Source of the DNA: Phoronis australis
Taxonomy: Eukaryota > Animalia > Phoronida
Length of the DNA: 64,000 bases
Assembly: GCA_002633005.1 (NCBI GenBank)
Contig: NMRA01000168.1
Location: 65,129 to 129,128 of the forward strand
Direction of reading: 5' to 3'
The translations under genes and the position numbers were made by a program. Under the pieces are notes generated by a model. It worked only from the letters and a program-made list of their open reading frames with translations. It had not been told where the DNA came from and made no database searches. Shown piece after piece: positions 12,269-26,200 of this stretch. How positions within the stretch are numbered: position 1 is the first letter of the stretch; every line of letters begins with the position of its first letter.

Positions 12269-15200
12269 CACTGGTATCTTGACAATCGTCTCCATTGCAT
12301 CTCCTGTTCACTGTATTCAAAATACGTCTTAAATCGGTGTAAACTTGTTTTGGGTCAATATAACCTACATGAGCTTCAGCACGGGTAGCAGCTAGTGTAA
12401 ATGTATGGGAAATGAGGAGGGGAAATAATTACACCTCCAAGTGAACATAGTGTTAATTGCAATTAATAGACAGGGATATTTCTTGAAGAGACTGTTTTAT
12501 TTTAAAGCTTCAATCAAAATTCCGGGATTCTTCTGCAGGCAGTAAAAATATATTTTCTTTCCAGAACATTTGACCCTGCCGTAACGTTTTATATGGTAAT
12601 CAGCTATTTTTAAGTGAAAAATAAGGAAGCATTAAAAATTCTGCAAAGTATACAATGTATTTACAAAAGTTACATCATAAATGTGCATATTATGGTAGAA
12701 AGTCAGGTAGCTGTATGAAGACTATCATCAACTTACAGCTATGTCGCTGTGTCTTGAGCTCCGTAAGGCACCGAAACTTTACACTACCCGGGTAGCTCAG
12801 CTTGTCACTTCGTCGTGAAACTCATATCAACATGTAGAGCTAACCACCGGCAGGAGTATAGTCCGGTTACCTATTTTCGTCAGGCTCCAAAGTTCGTCCG
12901 CCATCTTGTTTCGCGTGCAGCGCAACCACGCGGGACTTAGCGTTCCAATTTGGGGTGCTCGTGTGCACGTTAGGTACTAACTTATCGGAAGAGACACGTA
13001 TCAAAGTAATGAGACAAAAATCGGTGAGTTTACCGATTGTTTTTTAAAACCACTTAAAAATCAGTAGATNCGTTTTATATGGTAATCAGCTATTTTTAAG
13101 TGAAAAATAAGGAAGCATTAAAAATTCTGCAAAGTATACAATGTATTTACAAAAGTTGCATCATAAATGTGCATATTATGGTAGAAAGTCAGGTAGCTGT
13201 ATGAAGACTATCATCAACTTACAGCTATGTCGCTGTGTCTTGAGCTCCGTAAGGCACCGAAACTTTACACTACCCGGGTAGCTCAGCTTGTCACCTCGTC
13301 GTGAAACTCATATCAACATGTAGAGCTAACCACCGGCAGGAGTACTTACAGATTTTTGGGAATCAATCGAAACTCACATTGCCCGTTGCAGCCGTTTATG
13401 TGAAAAAAACAATCTAGTAAAGGTTATTTCAGCGTAATTCTTCGCCTTTTGTAACAACGAATGTCTGTCGTCGTTTTGAAAACAATGCGCTCGTGACACG
13501 CGCTTTTGCCATTTCCTAGTGAAATTTTGCGATATCTCTCGTAAAATGATGACAGCTTCGCAGCAAATTGGGTTTGCTGGTTTTAAAACACTAAAAATTT
13601 CGTTTACCGCAGAATCTTTCTATCTTATGTACACGTCGATGATTCAATACTGAGGGTACTTACGGAAATGATTTATGGCTGGCGGGAGATTCAATTTTAG
13701 TAACAGTCCTGTAACCTTTGACCTCGAATAAGTAGTAAACAAAGTTTCACGCGTTTGAAGAAGATTCTGATCAAATTTTTTTCGCTAAACGGTTTATATT
13801 TCGCATTTGAAAATCCCCGATAATGACGATAAGATATTTTGCCAGATATGTGCATGATATTGGGGAAATGGCCAATTTTTCTGAATTAATCCTTAAAACC
13901 GTAATCAGTCTAAGCTGAGACCGGCAGTCTGAAACGGGGTACTAGATTAGACTTCTGATTAAAATGATCCAAATTCACGGCCATTATCATTGTTATTTGT
14001 TGAGGTACATGTTTTGTTACTACTTCTTACAATCTAATGTCCCGAAATAATGTCAAAATGAAGATCTTCTGCGTTTGATTCGTGAACTGGCAAAGCATCG
14101 TAGGCTGGTATAGACAATGCAGTGCGAATTACCTGCATGTGTGAAATGGATTATTTTGCAGCCATATCGGGGTCTTCCTACTGAACGAGAGCTCAACTGT
14201 ATCCAAATGCGGTAGATAATTACCAATTTATAGTTCCAGGACCAAGATTATTCTCGACACCGTTTTTTTCACACTGCCTGTCTTAGTTTTGTGAATTCGC
14301 AATAGGTGGAAAAAACGTAGTTCACATGCTCACCAATTTCAAAAGCAAGCGACATAATTTCTTATACTTTAAGACTGAAGACAAAAAACGGTTTATGAAA
14401 CGTCACTTCCTGAATTTTCGTCTTCGGTTTCAACTTTAGCCCGATTTTCGGTCTTAACTTAGACGACCTTGGAACCATGACCGGTCTTACTCGGTTGCAT
14501 TTCACTTCTTTTCACTTCTTTGTAAGAAAATTCTATACAACGACGAATAAAATCGTGTGTCATCAGATGCTCAGAGATTTTGACGTAATGACGACACAAC
14601 CAGGTTAATGCACGTCGTATAACAGTTCAACACAAGGGAAAATTTAAATGGCGCAATGACACGCGAACAGCAAATCGCCAAATTTTCGGATGAAGACGAG
14701 ATATAAGTACTTTTGAAGCGATTGATTTCCATGAAGTTATATTCGCCGCATGATTTTTGTAGTTAAATTTCTTCACAATATCGTACTTTGAACGTTTACG
14801 AGACAATATTTAATTATGGAATGTGAGCGTAATATGTATGACACTAAATTCTATACTTTCAACGGAGAAGTTCAACCCTGTTGGGATTTAGGGTTGGTTT
14901 ACCGACTACGTAAACGGTAAACCAACCGTGTGACGCATTGACTAAGACCTGTGATGCAGGTTTCCATTCACCTGCTGATGTTTCACGGCTTTTTAAAAAC
15001 AAATGTGACATCAGAATCCAGAAGACGTCAAAAGGCTTAGTTCGTGAAAAATAGTGTAAAATAACAAAGTACACGTTACTCATATTGTATGAAACCTGTA
15101 TCATGTCATGGCGTACAAGCTTTCTGTAGATTTCGTAAAAAGTGAGTCTAAGATGAGTTTGGAGTATTTTTCTTTATGTTTGAAAGTTGACCAAAAAGAC

Positions 15201-18200
15201 ACGCCTTCGTGCTCGTCAAATCCGACATTACAGTCCCAAAATGCATTGCGTTGCCTTATTTGGGTATGATCTGATGACCTCGGAGAGGAGAAAGGTCGCT
15301 GAAAGCAAAACAGTGATGACTGATTTCGAAAGCACATCGCCGCCTCCATTAGCTCAAAGGATCCCCATTTTTTGAAGTAAGTTGTAGATTTATTTGTTTT
15401 TATGCTAGCTCAATTCTGGCCTAATCTACTTTTGTCTAGGATTTCATTTATGTTCATTTGTAACGGAAAACGTTTGATTAATGTCTTATTGTTCAGTGAG
15501 TGAAAATCGTGTCGCTCACCGATCGGGCGTATGGTCAGCATGAACACCAATATTTTGCCTAGAAATTTCAATGCATATAGTGACTGTACGTAGGATTTGC
15601 GTTGTCTAGTGTTTACTGCAGTGTAAATCAGGGTGATTGTTTACTGCATGAGACTGCGTATTCACCGTTTGTTAAATGACAGAGTAGTGCAAATGCAATT
15701 AGCTAAATCCCCAGTTGTTTGTGGTGGGAAGAAATTGTAGGCCTCTGAATTCCTTTGGAAACCTTCATTGAATCTTCTTGTTTACAGATTCAAAAATTCC
15801 CAAAACTTTCTGACCCAGGGGTTTATGGATTTCTGGGACGAAATGTACTCAGTGCATTTTGGTTTTCAGATGGCCATGTTTACATTGACCTACTGCAATG
15901 ATTTCACCTACTTTTTAATTACATTAAATCTATGTCATAATAATCACACTGCTATTTACAGTAATTCCAACCAATTTCACGGTGGTCCACTGACTCAGAG
16001 TTTTTTAAACAAACTTTAAAAAATGGGAGGAGTAACTTTCTTATGCTGAATTTTGATTTCTTTTGAACCTAAAGCACAGTTTATCTGTTAAGATCTCAAA
16101 ATCTGTCAATTCCAGTCACCTGCTACTTTACATTGTCAGTACATGGAAAGATGTGATGAAGTTAAGTCAAAGACAAATCTGTTCCAACGACTGGTGATAA
16201 ATATATAATTGACCCAATTCCTCACCTAGTGTTAATTTTCTATATGAATCATGATGAACGTTCAGTCCAAATAACATTCTAAACGTTTTATTTTATTGAG
16301 CATCATCATATCTAATTAATTATGCTTTTCTTCAAAGTATGTTACACATTTTCAATGACTATTAGTACAAGCACTTAGCAATTTACGTGTTTGTACAAAA
16401 CTGTGGTTTGCAATTAACTTTTTTATTGAGCTGACCTCCACTTTTACATCTGACAACAATGAAAAATCAGTGATGTATCGACTCATGGAAGGATACAAAG
16501 TTACATAACGCATGGAATAGGAGGTCATGCCATTTCAGCAACATAACATAACGCCCCAACTTCCAGCAAATTGGGCTTAGCATCTGAAATTGCAGCCAAC
16601 ATTAATAGAAAATATTTTTCTACAGTCCTCGGTGCATGTAATTATCATTTCAGACGAGAAAATAACAGAACGTCGAGGTACTGCCATAGTTCATGACAGC
16701 ATTATTCATTGACTCCAACATCAGCTGTTGCACAGGTTCACTCGCACAGAACTTTTCTAATAGTTCAGGTGTGGTTAGGGAACAAAGAGCTGTCAAAAGT
16801 AGCATGTTATTGAACCAACGATTGTAGCAGGTGCTGAAAGTGATTCTCAAGTCACGGGTTTATAGCACTGGCTGAACATAGAACAGACATTACCCTGCAC
16901 GTTTTGTTTGAATGGACTTGTGGGTATACAGTCAAGATTAATAAAGTGATTAACTCGAACTAGTGTCCAGTCTACCATTGCATCAAAAAGCTATTAGCAT
17001 CGATCAGTGAAAACCTGCGCCCACCTATCGGTAAAACGTAACAAGAGCTTAGACCAATAGACTGGGGCTGAGAACTCGTTAATGGCATGCAGTCGCAAAC
17101 AATTTTTACACAGATTATTATTACGTCATGTTTGAAGCATTTCCTTTGGTTTGGAAATTACATCCAATATTAAGCATGGCTTTTGATGACCTTCAAGACT
17201 CTATGTGAATAATGACCGAATAGGCAAGTGTGACATATTTCGGAGAAGGTGGTAGAAAGAGAGTACTGAGCCTTGAACAGAAGAAGAAATTCGAACAACA
17301 CTGACATTTTTGCAAGACACGTTGATGAAATTAGAGAGGGAAAGGAGGATGTCATAAAGACAATGAATTTGCTATCGTCCACAACTGAGTGCGCATCAGC
17401 TGTATCATGAAACCTGTGGAATCCACCGAAACCTGTGGACAACGTGTCGTCATAGTCTCCATCGCGCTACCAATTGACGCTATCTCCTGCAACATCCTCC
17501 CCACCAAAGTCTTCATCTTCAAATCCCACATCGCTAATATCCACATCCTCAAGGATACTTTGTGGACTGCAACAAGAGAAAGCGTGATGATCTTGGTCAG
17601 TAGAATTTCAAAAAGGACATAACACCTTGTCCCTATAACGAGGTTGAACTACTAAGTAACAGGGCTCGCATTATGTGCACTGGAGAACGGTTAAACCCTG
17701 TTCGTTCAGAATTCAAATGTTTTCTGCATATAATGTTTGATGGCGCCTCACGGTGCTTTCATAAGTTAGTTTGCGGGACCTGATGGTTACTAGTGTGAAG
17801 AGATTCTTCTGTCCTGTCAGGGCCTCAAACCCGAGACCCATTGTTGTCCAAGCAGGCTCTCAAGTACACCGAGCTATTAGGACCAAAAGTCAGTAGAAGA
17901 CATATTCCCACCATATATATTAACACTGTCAGTACTCATCCATGTCATCGCATGCTAAATTCTCAGAAACCTCAATCGTTAGCCTGTCATATAGAAATCC
18001 TCTTGCTTAAACTGATTAGCATTGGTCAGTCTGTATTCATTGGATTTCAGCACATATCGCCTAACCACGATTAAGGTATGATATATATATAATCCGAACC
18101 ATGTACGACATTGTCTTCATACTTATAACTCAGAAAACAGACTTTCTATCCAGAACACACACTCATGACATGATGTCAAATAAAATACCTCCACAAATTT

Positions 18201-18789
18201 TATGGATATTGTATGCTACTGATAAAGACTCCTCGAAATCTCAACGATTTCAGCGTTGTTTTCAAATATAAACTGTTGAGTTGTGCAGCAATCAACTTCA
18301 AAAAGGAAAAATGTCAAATTCGGTGCAAAGAAATGAAGCTGCAAAAGCAATCAGTGATTTCCACTCTGCCCACATTATATTTGAATAAGTTAGGAATATC
18401 AACTTGTCGCGTTAAAAACACAAATGTGACAAGATTAGTCGCAGGATTACCTATAAGACCACACTTAGTAGGTGGTACTTGCTCAAAAGGACCCACAAAA
18501 CTGCTGCTCATCTGCTTTTTGATGCATTCTTTTTAGGTACATCTCTGCATATCACAAATATGTAAAATGCATATATACAGAGTACGTAAAATTCAGTCAT
18601 GCTTAGGAGAGAAGCTGTGCACACCATTCCATGACCATACCAGACGTAGAAAAATTCATTTTATGGAAATATACTATGCATATTACATGCTCAAAATATT
18701 TCACGAAAAATATTCAATTATCAGTTACAACACTAATATTATTTTTTTGTAAATAATTTGTTATCAATATAATTTATGAGCACTGACTG

Positions 18790-19016
18790 GGCCCGTTCCA
18801 ACAAAACTGATTTAGCTAAGACAAATCTTAAATTTTAGTAAATTTTAAAATAAAAGTTTAATTTATCTGAAAACCAATTCAAGAAAGAGATATTAAGTTT
18901 GACTTAAATGTTTGGCATAAGTTTTGTCTTAATTTTTACTAGATGTGGAAGTTTCAAAGTTTGGAAGTAAAACTTAACCCAAAAATGAACTTAATTTAAT
19001 TTCTTGGAACAGGCCC
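18790..19016. mobile_element. MITE (PIF/Harbinger-like, CWG flanks)
   Basis: GGCCCGTTCCAA...TTGGAACAGGCCC inverted ends flanked by CTG/CAG, with internal CTTAAG-rich repeats. Second copy at 44841-45052. Confidence 0.65.
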
Positions 19017-19207
19017 CAGTACTTTCACATCACCCTTATAATGAATGGCTTGGATACATACTTCAAAGCTTCGTCGTCACAGGCAGAATCACTTGGCATA
19101 GCATTGATTCCAGAAAGTTCAAGCCCACTGAAAAATAGACCATTGCCATAATCACATTTAAGTAAAAAAGAAAGTTATTTGAGTTCAACATTTGTCAGCA
19201 ACTATAA

Positions 19208-19400
19208 CAGTCATACGTACAAACTTCCAGTCATACGCACGAGCTTCAAGTCTTCTACAGGAACTTCAAGTCATACGCACAAGCTACTGCATCATTCGTA
19301 AGAAGACTTTATTCATACATACGAACCACAACATGATGTGTACACTTAAAAAGTTATGCACACGAACTAACAAATCAAGCATACGAACAAAATCCAGACA
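19208..19400. repeat. Degenerate ~20-bp minisatellite
   Basis: Repeats of AGTCATACGCACAAACTTCA. Confidence 0.6.
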
Positions 19401-21041
19401 TTACAAATAATATGAAAGAACATAGTTTATGTATAGATACATTTAATGTTGCCATTTTGCTTAGTGCTGGGCTCGTTGGGAAACAGTGACGACCACCAAG
19501 TTCAGTAATATTTCAAACAATGGCAAGGTGTAATGATTTGGTTTAAATTTGTGACTCTCACAAAAACTGTGTTTTCAACTACGACAAATGTCCATGCTAT
19601 GTATTGCCGCAGCCACAAGTACTAGTAGTTGAAGATATAAGTCGACTACACACATTCACTGAAAAATTATTACTAGAATACCTGGGAACAAACTGGGGAG
19701 ATGCAGGTGTTGCAGATACAGCTTTTGGTTTAGACTCCGTGGACATTGTTACCACTTCGTGGGTAAAGATATCAAAGCATACAGCTGGTACAATTAGCCA
19801 TGAATCACTGTCACAAACATTGTGAGTACAGTTCAATAATTATTTTGCTGTGGATTGGAAATCGATCAACAAACGTGTGTGCTTTAACTTTGTAAGCCTT
19901 TACAGGGCAGCGAAACTGTGATTGTTTAGAATAGACATCACATGCGGAACTTACCAGAGAAAACACAAGCACCTTTCAAGAAGGTAGGCTATTGATCTCT
20001 GGTTATAATACGACTTTACGTCAAAATACATGCGCATAGGTCTGCAGTGATATGAGGTACAACAAGGCAAATAAGGCTACCAACCCATGAGACATGACTT
20101 TACCTACTATGTAAGTGTTAAATGTACCGTTAGTGTAAAATTCATGGCTTTCCAGTGAAACAAAACCACCACCTTAACTGAGTTAGCACAGCGGGCACAA
20201 ATTGTCTTATAGAGGGCAACAGGAAGCAAATCATGTCCCGCACCTACTAAACCATCAAATAGATAGACATGTTAGGAGGCTCTTGGTGTCTTTAGTTCGT
20301 TTTAACTCAAACAAATATTTTGCTAATGAAGATTTCTTTTCAATATGTTTCTTGGTTTGTCAACAATATCATTTCTATGAGAGGTGCAACCCTGGCGGCC
20401 ACGTTTCAAGCGCTAGAGAATTCTGGTGGATCACCAGTGTACATGTAGTGCGTTAGGGATTGGTTTACTCCTTCACAGAGGTCGACCTCGATGTGATTTG
20501 AAAATGCTTTATCAGTGATGCAATCAAAACCGAAATGGGTCAATTCCCAGAACTGGTTAGTACATGACTTTGTTAGCTGAATGTAGGACAGTTAGAAAAA
20601 ACTCAATGTCGGAGTACAGTATTTGTTCAAGCTGGGAAGAGTTAGACATCAACGACCTCCTAGGGTATCCCTCTAGGCGCAAAAGCAACTTGACTTTGAT
20701 GGTTTAATCAGTATGGTACAATTTGTCACAAAACTTCCGGTATGTGAAGGGCCTGTGCGACAACTACTGTCTCCCCTGCGGACAGTTGGGTCGGTGGTAC
20801 TATCTTGAAGTAACACGGCTTCGAAATTTCTGTTGGCGTTTCAAGAAATCAACCGCAAGCAAGCAATCAATATATGGTGGCAAGTAGGTGTAATTTTTAT
20901 ATTTTTTTGCAAACAAAATAATTACAAGCAAGTTTTCATATTATTTAAGATCATTCCATACCAAAGTTTATTCATCTTCCTAAAGTTGTGTTGTCGCATT
21001 TCCCACAAAACAAATCAACGTTTTTGTTCTAGGGCGAAAGT

Positions 21042-21165
21042 TAGGTCACTAGCCAAATGAGGAGGATCTATAGCTAATGTCAATACAGACAATGAAGCTC
21101 ATGAATAGGTCACTAACCAAATGAGGATCCATACAATGTCAACAAACAATGAAACTCGATGAATT
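21042..21165. repeat. Two-copy tandem repeat, unit about 60 bp
   Basis: TAGGTCACTAGCCAAATGAGGA...AATGTCAA...ACAATGAAGCTC occurs twice. Confidence 0.65.
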
Positions 21166-21206
21166 TTTGTCTGAATTTAACTTTCTCACGAATAATTTTC
21201 CCAGTG

Positions 21207-21280
21207 AGTTCTCGGACCACTATTTTATCGGTTCGAGGTGATGTTAATGCCGGGGACACCATGCCCCAGTAACTACCGAG
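21207..21280 (+). CDS. C-type lectin gene, CTLD1 exon 2, putative 3' part
   Basis: Continues the frame after CAGTG as LGPLFYRFEVMLMPGTPCPSNYR and ends g|gtatat in phase 1, matching the next exon. Resembles paralogous FVVTRSGDPPTYT. Confidence 0.5.
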
Positions 21281-22353
21281 GTATATAGTCTAAGCAGGAC
21301 AAAACAAATTATTACTTACTAGTAGTAGTACGCACTTCACTTCTGAGAGATTACCAGTGATTGTACTATGTGCCCAAATCAATGTGTCAACTTTTAAATA
21401 CTTTCAGTTGCACATCTTTCATTCTTTTCTTTCTGTCTGAGTCGTTGAGTTTAGGTAAAAGTCCTCTTATCTTGTGCACTTTCTCGCAGTCAGCCATCTT
21501 GTCTCTTCGTGTCTTGTAAATTCCTGCGATTGTTTAAAGCAGCAGATGTGTAGTGTCTTTGGGTAATTAGTTCAGATCAGGCATATGATCAAATCTCCAG
21601 AAATGGCAGGTCACACTTGCAGGCACAAAGCACATACATAGCACAGTTATGTCCAGGCATAATAATCCCAAGAAACATGAAGAAGTGCCCAGAGCACAAT
21701 ACATTCAAGACATAGCCGCTCGAGATCCAAGTCGGATGTTACCGAGTACAGTATGTACAGAACCAATCATTAGCTTCATCACGGCAAGAGGTATGAAGCA
21801 CATCGGGTGGCAAAGTAGTCATTCTACAGCACTGTACCGGTACTATCATATATCTTGTCACGGAGTCAGCTGTTTTCAAATGACTATTAGCGCATGCGCG
21901 CATTTATCATAAGTGGGAGGGAGATTAGAAATCTACTGTGGTTACCACAATGTTTTTTCTTCATACTTCTTTCAAAATCCCTGAATTGTGCGATTTCTTC
22001 TGGAAATTCCCTCACAAGGGAAAGTAGATAACTCGGTAGTAGAGGTTGGAAGAAGGTACTTTTGTTAGGGATTGTTTAAAACATACTTTTTCACGAATTT
22101 TCGCTGTCCATGCCATTTTAAAAGACTAGTTGGGGGCGCAGTTGTATAGCAGTGGTTTGTGATCAAGAAGATCCCGAGCTTTAACAGCGATGAGGTCTGC
22201 ATTGTTTTTCCAAAAAAATTAAAAATAAATAAAAAACGCTACCATAGCAGCGGTCAATATGAAGGTATGAGCGGTCAATGTGGAGAAATCTGAGTTTATG
22301 ACTTCATAAACTATTCAGATCATGTAATAATCGCAATTATTCTTGGTTTACAG

Positions 22354-22479
22354 ACTGGGATGGAGGAGATCCAAGTCAAAATGAGACCGATGAGCAATGT
22401 GGCTGTTTGAAAGCAGATGGAACTTGGGAAGGCAAATCTTGCGTCTCTAACCAAAAGAGTTATGTTTGTAAATTCAGAA
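22354..22479 (+). CDS. C-type lectin gene, CTLD1 exon 3
   Basis: ttacag|...|gtaaga, phase 1/1. Encodes WDGGDPSQNETDEQCGCLKADGTWEGKSCVSNQKSYVCKFR. Confidence 0.88.
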
Positions 22480-22544
22480 GTAAGAAATTAGCGGAAATAT
22501 TCAAGCTTGTGTATTTATCTCACGAAAGCAGACCTACAGCTCAC

Positions 22545-22856
22545 ACTGGAGTAAAATGTAACGCTGAACTTTGCGCAATGCACGCGTTACATCTCCAATG
22601 TTTCCGTCATTTTTCAAGTTCATTGCAGGACAGTTTTCTGCTTGTAAACATCCGATCACGTCATAGGTAACTTGTGAGCATGTAACATTAATCATTTGTG
22701 TTTAGAGGATAAAGTTCAATTCAGCGTAACCGGGGAATGCGTGCCTTGATACTCCGTAAAATGTAACAACTGTTACATTTTACGTTGCTAAACCTCTCCT
22801 AGAATGTAACAAGTTGTTACGTTTTACTTAGTTGTTACATTTCACGGCGAACGCTC
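22545..22856. repeat. Palindromic MITE-like repeat with GTAAAATGTAAC / GTTACATTT motifs
   Basis: Several direct and inverted copies of AAAATGTAAC; ends not resolved. Confidence 0.45.
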
Positions 22857-23169
22857 ATGCGAAAAATCTACTATTGTTACATTTTAAGAAACCCAAGTCA
22901 TATTGCAAAAAATGACCAAAATCAAAAAATTTGTATACCTACCGGCCTAGAGAGTGGGCTCGAACAAAAAGTGACCCATTTAGAGACTAATTTGTGTAAA
23001 ACTTCACTTTTTCGCACAATTCTGTTCCAGAAATTCAGGAAAGCCACCTTTTAGATATAGTTTTGTCTAAAATGGCGCCATTTTGGAGAGTATTTTTTCT
23101 GTGAAAAAACACCCTTTTCGTATACATCTTCTACAGGAATGAGCTGATACGATATGAATTTGGCTACCT

Positions 23170-23285
23170 TTTATTATTTTTATTAGTATTACATTACTAT
23201 CATTACTGTTACTACTATTAATACTATTACTACTATCATTGGTATTATCGTTATCGTTATTATTATTACTATTATTATTAATATT
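23170..23285. repeat. (ATT/ACT)n microsatellite
   Basis: Run of ATT/ACT/ATC triplets. Confidence 0.85.
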
Positions 23286-26200
23286 TTAAATTTATTTATT
23301 GAGGACACAATATATGTTTAGAAAAGCGATAATACGATTTTAAAATCATCTCATTAATGGTTCAGTGTTGTCATCGGGCTTTCCATAGTAGACGGCGAGT
23401 GCTGTTCCAAAGGGATTTTAAAGGGGCTCCTGTGTTCAGCTTTAAAGATATTGTGAGGAACGTCTTGACAGCTGTGGATACAGAGTAGACCTACGTTTTG
23501 GAAACGAGAAGGCTGAGATTTAAAATCTTGTTTAGGCGTGCACCAACTTCAAAACTTGATTATTTCTGAACTATCGGCACGCACTGTATTATTTGTAAAT
23601 ATAATTATATCCATCTGTAGTTTGCCATGAAGAACTGGATTCAGACTGCAATATTGTCTCTGAATTGTTGAAAACATTCCTTTTCAAAGAACTGGGGATA
23701 GTTTCACGATGATGTGTAAGTTCAAAAATTGCGTTAAGTTGAACTCTGGAAACAGACAATTTTCGATAACTAACGATTAGTCGGCTGCGGTCACCGGGCC
23801 ATTAGAATAGCTGGTAACGGACAGACAAAACACGCAACGATTTTATGAGGAATGGGCCCCAACATTCTTAGAAAGGCACAGTGATTTAACAGAATGATTT
23901 GATCTAGGTTTGATTGAAAGTGGATTGCAAGGAGCAAAAACCGCCAACGTCGAAGTCAGCAATGTTTAATGTGAGCATTTAATGCAATGCATCAAAAGGA
24001 TTAATATACCAAATTCCCTTATCTGCGAGCTGCAACACAAAAATGGCGCCTCATGAGACACGTGACTTCACGTCCAATGATAATAAAATGTCCAATCGTT
24101 GTCCTTATTTACATGAACTTTGAACTAACGACCACTGGCAAAATAGCAATTTTAATTCACATTTTATCTTAAAAGACAATGGAAAGAGAAAGTGCATCTT
24201 TTAATAGTTCGAAAGGCCGACAGTCAGCTTTTTTGGACAATTGGCCCTTTAAATTTTTGACCTAGAACATGTTTGAGCAAAATGATCCTGTCCCTTCAGA
24301 GTGCAAAATATTATCTATTTTCCCAGCTAGGCATCCCATTTTTACGTATACACGTCACGGTTTGACCTGTTGTTACCACCGCTATTTCAGAGAAGCTTGA
24401 CATCATAGGAACAATGACATTTCTTTCGTTACTATGCCGCCACGTTTTTAAGCTAAGGGCTCGTCCTTCTCAAAGGCGATATTTTGCTGTTGCTTATGAA
24501 AAATCTGTCAACCTGCCGGCAAATAAATGCATGCTTTTATTTCCTTCCATCACAATTCCTTTAAGAAATTGTCATTCGTAACTAAGGTGGTAGACAGCAC
24601 GCGCCGGCACAGAAACTTTGGTTTTGCTCCTTTTGTGTGAAGCAGAGCAATTGCTGCATTACCGATGACTCCAAGGCAATAAAACATTGGCCGAAATAAA
24701 CCAAACTATCGTGGTCTAAAACTGGTGTTTTTTATTAAAATTGGCTTCCGAAATTGAATTCTCCATGAAAAATTTTGTTATTGTCGTTCGTTCCCGAAGA
24801 AATACGATAAATATTAGCCAAATACGATGTCATTGTTGTTGTTATCAAGGGGAGTGTGTTTACTGTAATGTCGGATACACTATTGGTTTTTGAGCGCCAA
24901 CAGAAGATTGCAAGAACGCTTTAACGATAAAAAACTGGTTACCTGATCTTGGAAACTCCTTTCGTGTGGAGTTGAGGTTGTACGCTGTACATTTTTGACG
25001 ATAGCATAAAACTACTCATGTTAAAAAACACATGGAAAGTGCACACATCTATAAGGTCGACCTGGCACATTTGATAGAATTTCATTCACACAATACGAGA
25101 TAGAAGGCGTTAAGTGTGTCAACAGTTTTCCTCCGTTTGACAAATACCTTGCAAACTCATGAAATATGACGTCACTTTCGTGAAATAGAACAATGGTACA
25201 TTCTCATTTGTCGCATATGTATTCGACGTAAATTGTAACAGTTACATAAAAAAAACATTTTACGAAATTGTCACCATCTTACTGCGCATCAGTGCCGTAA
25301 GAGTCTTTCGCGCAATGTATTTTGCTGATTGTGCTTGCAGTGCGTCGGCGCCACGCGTGAGGCGTAGCGTATTGCCGTGCCTTTAGGCCCATTGGCCTAT
25401 ATCCAAATTAATGCCCTTTTCGCGGCCTTTTTTAACACAAGTGATAAAATTTCTTGCCAAGAGAAAATTTTTGTCAGGAGAAAATTTAACGCCAGGAGAC
25501 CACGTGACAATGACGATCCGCTGTGTCTCTGTGATAGTCTACAGCCTAGCGTGTCCAAATGTACATTGTTGCACAGAAATTCAACCTCATTGTCACGATA
25601 ATATGTGTCAAATTAAATATTGATTATTAAAGTAATTAGTAAGAATAGACACATTTTAAGTTGCCCAAAATTTGTGCATGTATACTTTTAAATCATTGGA
25701 TCAAACTTGTTGACATGTACTTTAACGTCAAAATCTTTTGTAAATGGTGTTTACAACTTTGGGTTACGGGGGCCACCATCTTGAAGCAGAGTGCAGCTAC
25801 AGCAGAGAAAGTGGCCTTTTTGATTCTCAGCATGTTCACAAATACAACAAAAAATACATTCACTTGGCTTACATACAATACCTAACTAAAAAATGCCCTC
25901 AAGCCTGGCCTACTCCTAGATTTCAGTCTAACTGTTCAGTGCCACCTTAACCAGCAGGAAGTTAACAAAGAGCTCGTCACTTGCATCGTGGGTAGTTAGA
26001 TACCTGAAGTGTTGCGTCACCAGCCGGAGACTGTGACCAGCAAGAAGAATCGCGGGTAGAAGAAATTGCCTGCAAGTGTTGCATCACCAGAGACGGTGAC
26101 CAGCAAGTACACTGTCGCTCTACAGTGTGTGTAGTTCGAAGATTCACCAAAAGGACATACATCCAACAAGTGGAGAGTCCTAGCTTGGATAGCAGATAAG

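Larger units (their letters stand above)
15700..20210 (-). pseudogene. Decayed THAP/Kolobok-like transposase relic
   Basis: Minus-strand fragments: VP-x-C-x-N-like near 20190, LCA..YF near 20030, an acidic stretch EDVDISDVGFEDEDFGGED followed by VVDDSKFIVF (17350-17560), and ITDFSL near 16460. Many stops and frameshifts; boundaries approximate. Confidence 0.4.
12269..21206. mobile_element. Putative 8.9-kb CACTG...CAGTG (EnSpm/CACTA-like) insertion with nested elements
   Basis: CACTGG at 12269 and CCAGTG ending at 21206, flanked by AGG/AGT (3-bp TSD with one mismatch). Removing it restores a WIGL lectin exon. The TIR match is only 6 bp. Confidence 0.45.
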
